From assembly GCA_951406725.2 (NCBI GenBank), contig OX597824.1:13330001-13394000 (forward strand): a stretch of DNA of 64,000 bases, given 5' to 3'. The notes below the pieces were generated by a model. The model saw only the letters and a list, made by a program, of their open reading frames with translations. It searched no databases and was not told the origin of the DNA. The translations under genes and the position numbers were made by a program. The DNA comes from Octopus vulgaris (lineage: Eukaryota). Of the stretch, positions 51,848 to 64,000 are shown piece by piece. Every line of letters begins with the position of its first letter. The stretch's first letter is position 1.

Positions 51848-52022
51848 TATGTATAGCAGAGGCGACAGAGTGACTCGAGGGTCAAAAGTTTCGTACCTTG
51901 GTGCTTATCAAACTTTTGCTAAATATTAATAAAAATATATTCGCTCATGTTTTGACTTCTGTTTTTTTTTTCTGTTTGCATCGCCATGCCTCTGTGTATG
52001 TGTGTGTGGTGTGGTGTGGTGT

Positions 52023-52062
<40 letters not shown>

Positions 52063-52106
52063 ATTTGGTGATGCAGATAGGCAAAATAGATCCCAAATGA
52101 TGAGTT

Positions 52107-52311
52107 TTCTCTTTACTTGTTTCAGTCATTTGACTGTGGCCGTGCTGGGGCACCGCCTTTAATCGAGCAAATCGACCTAAGGACATATTCTTTGTAAGCC
52201 TAGTACTTATTCTGTCGCTCTCTTTTGCCGAACCGCTAAATTACGGAGACATAAAGACACCAGCATCAGTTGTCAAGCGATGTTGGGGGACAAACACAGA
52301 CACACAAACAT

Positions 52312-52350
<39 letters not shown>

Positions 52351-52514
52351 CATACATACGACGGGCTTCTTTCAGTTTCCGTCTACCAAATCCACTCACA
52401 AGGCTTTGGTCGGCCCGAGGTTATAGTAGAAGACACTTGCCTAAGATGTCACGCAGTGGGACTGAACCCGGAATCACGTAGTCCGTAAGCAAGCTACTTA
52501 CCACAGAGCCACTC
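52107..52514 (-). mobile_element. SINE family B
   Basis: Near full-length copy. Confidence 0.9.
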
Positions 52515-52603
52515 ATATATATATGTATATATATATATATATTAATTATTGATAATCGGTATGCTCTCAGAACTCGAGTCATTCCGTTAAATTTTGGTGA
52601 TTG

Positions 52604-52655
<52 letters not shown>

Positions 52656-53404
52656 TATACACACATGCGCGCGTGTGTTATATTTGACACATGACTAGAT
52701 TCGTGTGTAATCGCCACTATCACTATAATTCAAAGGATATGACCGAGAAAGGCTCGCAAAATTAATTGATGTAGGAATATTTTTGTTACAAGCATAGCAT
52801 AAACGACTAAAAGAATAAGCTAAAAGGAAGATATTTTATAAAAGTCATGAATAAAATTATCTAACTCAAACACAATCGTGTTTTTCAATATAAGTTTGAA
52901 AGAGAAGCTATCTCAATGTATATCTATGACTATCAAGCTAACTTCACACACACACATTGTCAAATCAGAAACAAAAGTCCAAGGTACATTCATGTTATTA
53001 GACTGAGAGTCGCTATGTCTGTCGCTATCTCTGTCGCTCTCTATACATACGTACATGCGCGCACGCATGCACATATACACACGCACACACACACACATAT
53101 ATATATGCACATAATGATAGAAGCACGCTCATACATGTGTTACAGTGGGGTTTGAACAATGTTTTTTTTTAAATTCATAAGTGACACAGAATGAAAAGAG
53201 AAAACGAAGAAATAAGCAACAGATAAAAATTTAAAAAAATAACTTCCTTCAAGGGGAATCGAAACTTGTACCGCTTCATATGTGCGAGCCTTATTCGTCT
53301 CTCTCCCATAACTGTTATGTTTATATACCACAACGTCTCTTTCTAAATATACACATGTTCAGACAAACTCTAGTATATATTGTAAAAATATAGCAGTGTA
53401 GATA

Positions 53405-53540
53405 TTCTTTTCTACTCTAGGCACAAGGAACGAAATTTTGGGGGAAGGGAGCACAGTCAATTAGATCGACCCCAGTACGCAACTGGTACTTAATTTATCG
53501 ACCCCCGAATGGATGAAAGACGAAGTCGACCTCGGTGGAA
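53405..53540 (-). mobile_element. SINE family A 3' fragment
   Basis: Tail and core only. Confidence 0.75.
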
Positions 53541-53706
53541 TAGCACTGTAGATAGATATTGCCTAAGCATACAAAATATATCGGAGACGACGAAGAATCA
53601 GTTAAATAGAACCAATTCTTAACCAGTGGTTTATAAAGAAATATATCGAATGGCTGCAACGCGCGGTAACTAGGAAAATAATTTGAAAATATGTCTGTCC
53701 ACTTTC

Positions 53707-53740
<34 letters not shown>

Positions 53741-53904
53741 GGGGGGCATGCCATACTTAATTCTTGCATAAATTCTAATGAGTTTCGCAGAATAGAAAAA
53801 ATTAATTCACAAGTGAAAGTAGCACTAAGAAGCTCACGCACACACGTATGTGTGTGTTTATATATGTGTGTGAGTGCGTGTGTACATACACAAGTTTACC
53901 TTAC

Positions 53905-53954
<50 letters not shown>

Positions 53955-53959
53955 TAAAT

Positions 53960-54055
53960 TAAATTAGAGACAAAACCACTATTAGGCAAATCATACAATG
54001 AAAAACTTAAGCCAATACATAAGATTATATAAGTTTGGATTTATTCCCTAATATT

Positions 54056-54060
<5 letters not shown>
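53960..54060. mobile_element. Internally deleted copy of the 7363-7630 element
   Basis: Shares both terminal sequences with 7363-7630 and is flanked by (TA)n. Confidence 0.6.
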
Positions 54061-54101
<41 letters not shown>

Positions 54102-54150
54102 CATACATACACGTGTATTTTTTCTGTATATATATTTATGTGTGTGTGGA

Positions 54151-54199
<49 letters not shown>

Positions 54200-54221
54200 T
54201 GTATATATATATATGTATATA

Positions 54222-54555
54222 AACTTTAAAGAATGTAGTTGTGCAAAGCCTGAACAACGTGGGAATGTACAAGATAAACTGAAAAACAGAAAGAACTCAG
54301 AAAAAACTTGCCGTTTTAACTTGTGTTGGTATATTTCAGGGTGAAAAGCCCTTCTTCAGGACATTCGGATGAAGGCAACAAACCTTTCTAACCACCGCTT
54401 CACCGTATGTCCTGAAGAAGGGCTCTTCACCCCGAAACATAGAAATACCAGGTAAAACTGCAACTTTGTTCTGTTTTAGTTTTTGCTGTTTCATTCTGCA
54501 CTTTACTTTGTACGTTCTCACATTGCTCCGGCTCTATACAATTATATATTTTTCT
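54222..54555. mobile_element. Old fold-back element with a degenerate hammerhead in each arm
   Basis: Diverged inverted arms around ~54385. Plus strand AUGUC-CUGAAGA-AGGG...CCCC-GAAAC-AUA-GAAAU at 54407-54446, with a mirror motif on the minus strand at ~54328-54365. Lies between (TA)n tracts. Confidence 0.65.
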
Positions 54556-54593
54556 TAAGGTTATACCTCACAATGCTTCACCAAAAGTATCTC

Positions 54594-54644
<51 letters not shown>

Positions 54645-54703
54645 GTATGTGTGTGAATATACAGGTGTATATATATGTATATACGTATATATTTATATAT
54701 ACA

Positions 54704-54756
<53 letters not shown>

Positions 54757-55400
54757 GTATACTTGCCCTAACCACTGGGCCATTGCGCCTCCACATATAT
54801 ACATATATATACATATATATACTTATATACTTTTATATATATATATATACATACATAAATATACGTATATATGCATACGTAAATATACGCGTATATATAT
54901 ATATATATATATATATATAATGTGTGTGTGTGTATACGCGCACACACCTGTAGGTATGCGCGTAATTTCATTTACAAATATATACATGCATACATAAATA
55001 CATACACACACACACAAACACACACACACACACACACATCACACATTCTTTCTGTGTCTGAACACCATTTACTAAAAATGTCAATGTATATCCTTTTTTT
55101 TTGTTCTTTGTCACCCGACCTCCTCTTTCTAAGGAATGTTCTGGAAGACTGCTTTAAGCAGACCTTACCTGTTTTCATTGTCGCTAATTCAGTGTACAAG
55201 TATTTGTGTAGATCGTATGAACACGCCCTTCGCATACAAGTTTTTTGTTGCCGTTTATCAATTTTATATACTTGTACTAAATGCTTATATGGATTTTTAA
55301 ACGTAGCCAGTTCTGAGTCTTGACAAGAATATATTTATTAAATGTAACGGTTGCACGGGTTTGCTGTGTGTGTGTGTGTATTTGTGCCTCTGTGGGTGTA

Positions 55401-56284
55401 TTACTCTTTTACTCTTTTACTTGTTTCAGTCATTTGACTGCGGCCATGCTGGAGCACCGCCTTTAATCGAGCAACTCGACCCCGGGACTTATTCTTTTTT
55501 GTAAGCCCAGTACTTATTCTATCGGTCTCTTTTGCCGAACCGCTAAGTAATGGGGACATAAACACACCAGCATCGGTTGTCAAGCAATGCTAGGGGGACA
55601 AACACAGACACACGAACAAACACACATACATATATATATATATATATACATATATACGACAGGCTTCTTTCAGTTTCCGTCTACCAAATCCGCTCACAAG
55701 GCATTGGTCGGCCCGGGGTTATAGCAGAAGACACGACCCCAAGATGCCACGCAGTGGGACTGAACCCGGAACCATGTGGTTGGTTAGCAAGCTACTTACC
55801 TCACAGCCACTCCTGCGCCTGTATTGATATATTTGTTCTTTTACTTCCTTCAGCCATTTGAACGCAGCCATGCTGGAGCATCGCTTCGAAGGGTTTTAGT
55901 CGAACAAATCGATACCACCGCTTGTTTCTTAAACCGATTATTTACTCTATCGATCTCCTTGGCCGAACTGCTATCTCAAGTGGAGGCAAACACATCACCA
56001 CCAGTTGTGAAGAGGTGCTGGGGGACAAACACAGACAAAAACACACACACACATATACATACACTATCATACACACACACACACGCACACACACACACAC
56101 ACACACGCACACACATATACATACACACACATATATACACATCAGACAGGCTTATTTCTCTGTACCAAATCCATTTACAAGACTTTGGTCGTCCCGAGGC
56201 TATTGCAGAAGACACTTAACCTAGGTGCCACGTAATGGGACTGAACTCGGAACAGTTTGGTTGGGAAACAAGTTTCTTACCACA
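55401..56284 (-). mobile_element. Two tandem SINE family B copies (55401-55819 young, 55836-56284 older)
   Basis: Both match the family B sequence. Confidence 0.9.
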
Positions 56285-56355
56285 CACACGGGCGCGCGTT
56301 TGTGTATGTGTGTAAAATATATATGACATATTATAAATATATATACATATAAAAT

Positions 56356-56395
<40 letters not shown>

Positions 56396-56548
56396 CGTGT
56401 ATACGTATATTAGTTGATATAAAGTTGTGTGTATATATGCATATATATATATATATAAATTTATATAAATAAGGATAAAATCGTTATTTAAAATACCGAT
56501 CTTATCAGGTGGCCATTCCTTAGAAACCCTTAATTATAATAATAATAG

Positions 56549-56589
<41 letters not shown>

Positions 56590-56595
56590 CATACA

Positions 56596-56665
<70 letters not shown>

Positions 56666-57272
56666 CGCACGATTTATTTATATAGATATTTGTGCCTGTG
56701 TGTGTAATTATATACACTTAGCTTAGGACTGATTACTTTGCAGTTCTTTAATTGAATTCATACCCATTCTTTTCAGATGTATAACTATGAAACGATGCCC
56801 CTCTAATACAACTTTTATACAATTGTAAAGGATTTAATCTTCACCCTAAATATACACTTTATTGTATCATGCACTTACTCGTTATATTTCATTGGTACTT
56901 TCCGCCCCTTTTTCACATTCACTATAGAAAAATAAATAAAGAAAGAAAGAAAGAAAGAAATAATTACCGGGATAAGATCAGGAATCTTGCAACACAAATA
57001 TATAAACGTAACAAAAAAAAAAAAATGACCATACAACAATAAATAAATAGACAAATAAGTAAATATAAATGGATAGGGAAGCTGCGATAGCACATTTGAA
57101 TTTGATGTTATACCTGCAATTATTGAAAACTAAAACTGAACACCTGATTACTCCGCGTACAGCCTTGCGAGACTTGTATTTATAACTTAGTTCAGGTAAA
57201 CAGCCGTAGATTATATTGACTTAAAAACTGTGCTTCAAACGACGCAGTGTAAGATTTGCTTTATATATATAT

Positions 57273-57504
57273 ATTTCTTTACTACCCACAAGGAGCTAAA
57301 CACAGAGGGGACAAATAAGGACAGACAAAGCGATTAAGTCGATTCCATCGACCCCCTTTGCGTAACTGGTACTTAATTTATCGACCCCGAAAGGATGAAA
57401 GGCAAAGTCGACCTCGGCGGAATTTGAACTCAGAACGTAACGGCAGATGAAATACGGCTTTGCATTTCGTCCGGCGTGCTACCGTTTCTGCCAGCTCGCC
57501 GCCT
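57273..57504 (-). mobile_element. SINE family A monomer
   Basis: Full head-core-tail on the minus strand. Confidence 0.9.
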
Positions 57505-57816
57505 TAGATTGCTTTATATATACTTACATACTTACATTTAGCTGTGTTCATGCTAGTTCATGCAAAGTAATTTTGTCGCACACATACACCTTCCGTGAAG
57601 CACACACACATATGCATGCAAACGAGGATATGCACACACACACATACACACACACACATACACACACACACAGATAGATGGATAGATAGATACTCAGAGA
57701 GATAGAAAGATAGATAGATCGATATAGATAGATAGATAGTTGATGTCCCAGTGAAATCAGTTACAAGCACACACACAAATGAGTTAGAAAAAGAAAGAAA
57801 GAGAGAGAGAGAGATG

Positions 57817-57859
<43 letters not shown>

Positions 57860-57904
57860 TGAGAGAGAGAGAGAGAGAGAGAAAAAGATGTTTCTATATG
57901 TGTA

Positions 57905-58254
57905 GGCGCAGGAGTGGCTGTGTGGTAAGTACCTTGCTTACCAACCACATGGTTCCGGGTTCAGTTCCACTGCGTGGCACCTTGGGCAAGTGTCTCCTAC
58001 TACAGCCTCGGGCCGACCTAAGCCTTTTGAGTGGATTTGGTAGACGGAAACTGAAAGAAGCCCTTCGTATATATATATATGTTTGTGCGTGTGTGTTTGC
58101 TCCCCTCGCCTCCAACATCGCTTGTCAATCGATGCTGGTGTGAACAAATACTTAGGCTTACAAATTTTAAGCCCCGGGGTCGATTTGCTCGACTAAAGGC
58201 GGTGCTCCAGCATGGCCGCAGTCATATGACTAAAACAAACAAGAGTAAAAGAGT
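57905..58254 (+). mobile_element. SINE family B with an internal deletion
   Basis: Head and tail intact; an opposite-strand tail fragment follows at ~58400-58485. Confidence 0.9.
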
Positions 58255-58281
58255 GTATATGTGTATAAATAAATAGATAAA

Positions 58282-58318
<37 letters not shown>

Positions 58319-58339
58319 TTATTTATACACATATACACT

Positions 58340-58379
<40 letters not shown>

Positions 58380-58739
58380 TTATTTATTTATACACATATA
58401 AACTCTTTTACTCTTGCTTTTTTCAGTCACTTGACTGAGGTCATGCTGGAGCACCGCCTTTGTCGAGCAAATCTACCCCAGGGCTTCAAATTTGTATATA
58501 TATATATATATACTTGTCTGTGTGCGCGCACGACTTGTGCATGTGCTTGTGTGTTTCGACTGTAACATACAAAGTTGCATTCCAGCCCTGCCATCCGTGC
58601 CATTCCACCCCAATCAGTAATCTTTGCAGGAAGCTTGGCGCACCTACCGTTGCGTTTAGCACCTTAACAAGTCTATTCACACCTGCTCGTCAAACGTAAC
58701 GAGTCACGAGCAGGTGTGTACGGACGTGTAGCTCCAGGT

Positions 58740-59651
58740 GTACGTACGTGTGTGAGTGTGTGTGTTTTGTCGTGTGTGTTTGTGTAATTGTATGTATCTA
58801 TGTGTTTGTGTGTGTGTGTGTAAGATTTTGTGTGAGAGTGTGTGTAATTGTGTGAGTGTGTGTGTGTAATTGTATATGTGTTTGTGTGTATGTGTAATAG
58901 TATAAATGTGTTTGTGTGTGTGCAGCTGTATATATGCTTGCGTGTGTCTGTTTGTGTAATTGTATGTATGTGTTTGTGTAATTGTATGTATGTATGTGTT
59001 TGTGTGTGTGTGTAATGCAGCTGTATATGTGTGTGTGTGTGTGTTTAATTGTATATATGTGTTTGTGTGTATGTGTAATAGTATAAATGTGTGTATATGC
59101 AGCTGTATATGTGTTTGTGTGTGTGCGTTTGTGTAATTGTATCTGTGTTTGTGTGTGTATGTAAGCATTTGTGTGAGTGCGTGTGTGTAATTGTGTGAGT
59201 GTGTGTGTAATTCTATATATGTGTGAGTGTGTACGTGTAATTGTATAAACGTGTAATTGTATATGTGTTTGTGTATGTTTGTGTATAGATATGCTTGAGT
59301 GTGTTGAAGTGTTTGTGTGAGTGTGTCTGTAACTGTGTGTGTTTGTGTGTATGTGGAACTGTATATATATGTTTGTGCGTGTGCTTGCTTAATAATATGC
59401 ATGTGTCTGTTTATTTTAAGTGTGTGTGTGTTTGTGCGTTTGTGTTTGTTCATGTAATTGTATGTATGCATTTGTGTGTGTGTGAATGTTCGTGTGTGAG
59501 TGCGTGTGTGAGTGTGTGAGCGTGAGTGTTTGTGCGTGTAAGTGTTTGTGTGTGAGTATGTGTGTGTGTGTTTTTACTTAATTGTATGCATATGTTTGTC
59601 TGTGGTTGTTTAATTGCATGTACACGTTTGTGTGTAAGAGTGTTTGTGTAT

Positions 59652-59690
<39 letters not shown>

Positions 59691-59735
59691 CTTTAATTGA
59701 AAGTACACGTTTGTGTGTAAGAGTGTTTGTGTATG

Positions 59736-59766
<31 letters not shown>

Positions 59767-59940
59767 TAATTGTAAGTACATGTTTGTGTGTAAGAGTGTT
59801 TGTGTATGGTGTGTGTGTGTGTGTGTGTATGTGTGTGTGTTTCTTTAATTGTAAGTACATGTTTGTGTGTAAGAGTGTTTGTGTATGGTGTGTGTGTGTG
59901 TGTGTGTATGTGTTTCTTTAATTGTAAGTACATGTTTGTC
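58740..59940. repeat. Degenerate (TG)n field ending in ~5 higher-order units of about 65-75 bp
   Basis: Recurrent aattgta spacers; ttaattgtaagtacatgtttgtgtgtaagagtgtttgtgtatgg repeats in 59578-59940. Confidence 0.8.
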
Positions 59941-60461
59941 TGAGTGGTTGTTTAATTATATATGCATGTTTCTGCGTTGCATATATGTTTGTCAGAGCCC
60001 CTTTCATTTGTTTTGCTCCAGCACAAGGCATCATTCTTAAGTAAAGAAATTTGTAATAACACACACACATATACACGCTAATACACATATTTTCTCTCCC
60101 GCTCTTTTACTTTTACTTTCACTTTCCATTCGATTATTTGCTTTTTCTCCGTTGCTATTTCTTTTATAAATTTTCTATAGTAACTTACAAAATGTATACC
60201 TGTGATTTATCGGCCAGAGTGGTTAATATATGGAAATTGTAGACAAATCTACCTCAGAGCGCATCTTAGGAAAATAGGGAAAATAAATCGGAGGATTAGA
60301 AAAGATAACGCAGGCCTATGTACACTATGTGGAATTGAGGCGGGAGAATCATAGATGGAACGCCATTGGTGATGGACCCCCTTTGACAAATTCTTACCTT
60401 GGAAGTAAAGAACGTCAGCAATAATATACGCATGCGCATATATTCGGACACGCACACACGG

Positions 60462-60531
<70 letters not shown>

Positions 60532-60822
60532 TTGTTTGTGTGTGTGTGTGTATGCCTGTATTGAAGAGTGCGTGTGCATGTGTGCACATGTATGCATGTA
60601 TATTTGTGCGTACATGTGTCTATATCTAAGTTTACGTTGATATTTGTGTACTTTAATAGTCTGAGACATAGCGGTTCGATAAATATCGATTAGATAAATA
60701 TCTTAGTGTTATTAGTATTGATTGACCACGGGACTTATATATTGCGGCAATCCATTGTTTGAAATCACTAAAACCATAAATAAATAGATAAATAAATAAA
60801 TATATATATATATATATATTTA

Positions 60823-61207
60823 CAGACGCAGTTGAGGCTGTGTAGTCAGAAGCTTGCTTCCCGCTCCTTTGGTTCCGGGTTCAGTCCCGCTGCGTGCCAC
60901 CTTGGACAGTTGTCTTCTACTATACTTTCGTCGGCCCAAAGCCTTGTGAATGGATTTGATAAACGGAAACTGAAAGAAGCCCGTCGTATATATATATATA
61001 TATATGTATGCGTCTTTGTTCGTGTGTATTTGTCTCCCCGCACCTACCGCTTGCTTTTTATACATACTCGTAACTTAGCGGTTCGCAAAAAGATACCCTA
61101 GATTAAATACCAGGCTTTAAATGATAAGTACTAGGGTCGATTTGTTTGACTAAACCCTTCAAGGTGATGCTCCAGCATGACCGCAGTCCAATGCCTGAAA
61201 CATGTGA
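60823..61207 (+). mobile_element. SINE family B (older copy)
   Basis: Matches the family B sequence. Confidence 0.85.
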
Positions 61208-61302
61208 AAGATACACATAATACATACATACATATCTATATATATGTACGTATATATGTATATGCACGCATATATATGTATATGCACGCATATATATGTA
61301 TA

Positions 61303-61531
61303 TGCGGCGAGCTGGCAGAAACGTTAGCGCGCCGGGCGAAATGCGTAGCCGTATTTCATCTGTCGTTACGTTCCGTGTTCAAATTCCGCCGAGGTCAACT
61401 TTGCCTTTCATCCTTTCGGGGTCGATAAATTAAGTACCAGTTACGCACTGGGGTCGATGTAATCGGCTTAATCCGTTTGTCTGTCCTTGTTTGTCCCCTC
61501 TGTGTTTAGCTCCTTGTGGGTAGTAAAGAAA
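61303..61531 (+). mobile_element. SINE family A monomer
   Basis: Full head-core-tail, in a TA-rich site. Confidence 0.9.
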
Positions 61532-63179
61532 TATATATATGTATATGCACGCATGTATCTATGAATCTATGTATGATGTGTGTGAGTATGTTTGTGTGTG
61601 TGAATATATTTTATGTCCGTTGAGTATCCCTAGTGTCAGTTTTGGTATCTATTTTTAAAATTAAGTTTGCTGTCCAGATGAAAGTGTACAACATTCACAT
61701 CTTACTATATGTAAAGAATCCACTAAATTCAAGCTCTTCTCCTGCAAATTATTTAAAACGGGAATTCTGAATGTGTTGACAGCTCATTCCACATCAAATT
61801 TGAACCATTAGCTACTTATGTTTTCGAAAGATATGTCTTCTATCGTGGCCAGTCATTGTATAGACCTTTATTTTACCGACTTTTGCAGAAATAAAAGCGA
61901 ATAGTTTCACATTTGAACTCACAATTTATGAGACCGCAACCAAATCAAACATGCATTTTGTTCAACGCCCGAATGTGTTTACCTACCTCCACCCACATTC
62001 GATTTGATATTTCTTTAAAGAAAAGAAGAATGCAAGCTCCAACATGACACCCACATGAAAGTTCCTATCTGAATGTAGTATAATTACATAGCGTTAGTAT
62101 TACTGTTTAGACTCAGATCTCTTTCGATCGAGCTGACCTTACGATCAAAAGTACTTCAGCTGTGACCATTCTGTTTATTTTTTGTTTGTCAATGAAACGC
62201 TGAGAATGGTAGTATTCACACACACGCGCCATTATTGTTATCAGGGTAGTGATTGAATTGGTAAAGATTTTTGGTTGGTATTTCTTGCATATCAAACAAA
62301 TACATCGTGAATCGCTTATTGGCCACTATGCATTACCTGCACTGTATATAGGAAATGCTATATCTACTCTCTGTGTATGTTTCTCTCTCTGTCCACACAC
62401 TAAGAGATACGCACAAACACACACACGTACACAGACACGCACACGCATTAAGACACACCCACATATATATTCATCCCCCAGTGTGACCCGGTATAAGAAT
62501 ACTACCTGGCACCTTAGTTGTTTTTGTATAGTCCACTCTGCTGCAAAAAATTCGGGCAAGGAATTGCAGCAGTGACCACTGCGTAGATGTGGAACAAAAA
62601 TCTTGACAACTCAGGAAATAAATTCAAAGTTTGCAGATTTTTGTTTTATTAGGTGAAGACAGTAGTTCTTCCATCCGGGAATTGCTTCAGTTATAACACA
62701 CGAACTCAGATCAAATTACTTGCTAGACAAATACTACTCTGAAATATAATTACATAGTTAGTTAGAAAGTAAACTTAACAAGCAATATATTTCTCAAAAT
62801 CTTACATAAGAATGTCAATTTGATAACTAAACTGAAGACATTTATTATGATACTTCAAAATTCTCTGCCTTAAAGCTGATACTTTTATTCGTGTTTACCA
62901 GCATCACTAAAACTTCGTTTTTATATCATCTGCAGCAAGACAAGGTTAGAATAGATAAAATGATCGATATCTGACATTCCTTCTCACACTCGCAAGGACT
63001 TGACTTTTCTGTATACCAGCAGCAAACGCTTCTGATTTGACTCTACAAGAGTCTACAAGACTCTACAAATTAAAACTCGAAGTTTGTTGTTGGCTTGAAT
63101 ACGTCATGGGTAAATTCAAATACTTTCTTTTCGTTCATGCGTTTATGAGACTAACAGAAATATTAAATAAATGCGCCCT

Positions 63180-63414
63180 TTTAAAGTCTAGCCAGGCTCA
63201 TGGGCCCGATTTCCCGGTTTCAATGGGGTATGTGTTCCCTGTCCATGACGCCTGTCCATCGCAGCGTTACTCATTTTTGCCAGCTGAGTGGACTGGAGCA
63301 ACGTGAAATGAAGTGTTTTGCTCAAGAACACAACGCGTCACCCGGTCCAGGTATCGAAACCACAATCTTACGATCATGATGCTGATGCCCTAACCACTAA
63401 GCCACACGCCTCCA
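63180..63414 (-). mobile_element. tRNA-derived SINE related to family C (similar older copies at ~9200-9395 minus, 20715-20940 plus, 37640-37790 plus)
   Basis: Head gtggaggcgtgtggcttagtggttaggg and B-box-like ggtttcgatacc, followed by gttgtgttcttgagcaaaacactt. Confidence 0.8.
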
Positions 63415-64000
63415 CAACAGAAGTATTAGTCACTATCATTATTAATGAGAATTATATTGTTGATAAGCTTCATGCTGTTCTTAATCAAGGAGAGCTATGA
63501 TCTAGGACGTCCCAGTCGAAATCATCCAGTATTTTACTTTTGATAAACACATGTCTGTAGCTACACTGTCTCATGTAGCTTTTTAATGTAGGTTTGCCAA
63601 CAGCGGCGGGTTTATACTTGATGAGGCTCTAAGACATACATAAATCTTAGATGAGGGTTACTAAAGCATGACAATATGATAAACTGCGTATGGCTTTCAA
63701 TTATTTTGAGGTTCCTGTGAATTGGGAGCTTCGAAGCTCTAGTTTGTATTTAAATCCAGTATCGTTTCTATCATGAAGATCAGAAACAAAATCTAGCGTT
63801 ATTATTATTACTTAACCATACATCAACTCCTATCAAAGCAAACTAATGATCAGAGGCGAATCATGACGATTCGACATTTTTACAATCATCACTGCAGTCC
63901 TCAAGACAGCAGAATATGATCTGAGAGAGATTTCGTTGCAATATCTAACTAGATCAACGACTACGTACAGGCTGGCTTTTTTATTAGTGAAAATGATGAC

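Noticed and set aside
62480-62660. Possible hAT dimerisation-domain remnant on the minus strand (FPELSRF...FAAEWTI)
   Set aside because: The resemblance is weak, needs a frameshift, and no TIRs were found.

Overview
This is eukaryotic, AT-rich, repeat-dominated DNA. The SINE families and extreme microsatellite density suggest a coleoid cephalopod, probably Octopus (inference). No host protein-coding gene can be called confidently, and almost all listed ORFs are microsatellite or SINE artefacts. The one long real ORF (22457-24480) is the RT plus C-terminal GIY-YIG protein of a young Penelope-like element (PLE). It sits in a (TA)n array, has a ~945-bp inverted pseudo-LTR, an unusually long insertion between RT motifs A and B', and a variant hammerhead ribozyme (HHR). 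About ten minimal type I HHR motifs occur in the window, mostly in small, often fold-back, elements embedded in (TA)n arrays. One family combines a tRNA-like Pol III head, an (AAT)n spacer and an HHR tail in a PLE-style inverted, TSD-flanked insertion (36164-37523), a candidate PLE-mobilised ribozyme-bearing SINE. Also present are an R4/Dong-like fragment and a non-coding element confined to (TAA)n arrays, a CR1/L2-like 3' end, a Tc1 remnant, non-autonomous Helitrons, a decayed Helitron Rep region, MITEs, three abundant tRNA-derived SINE families and several satellites. Coordinates were read by eye and may be off by a few bases.
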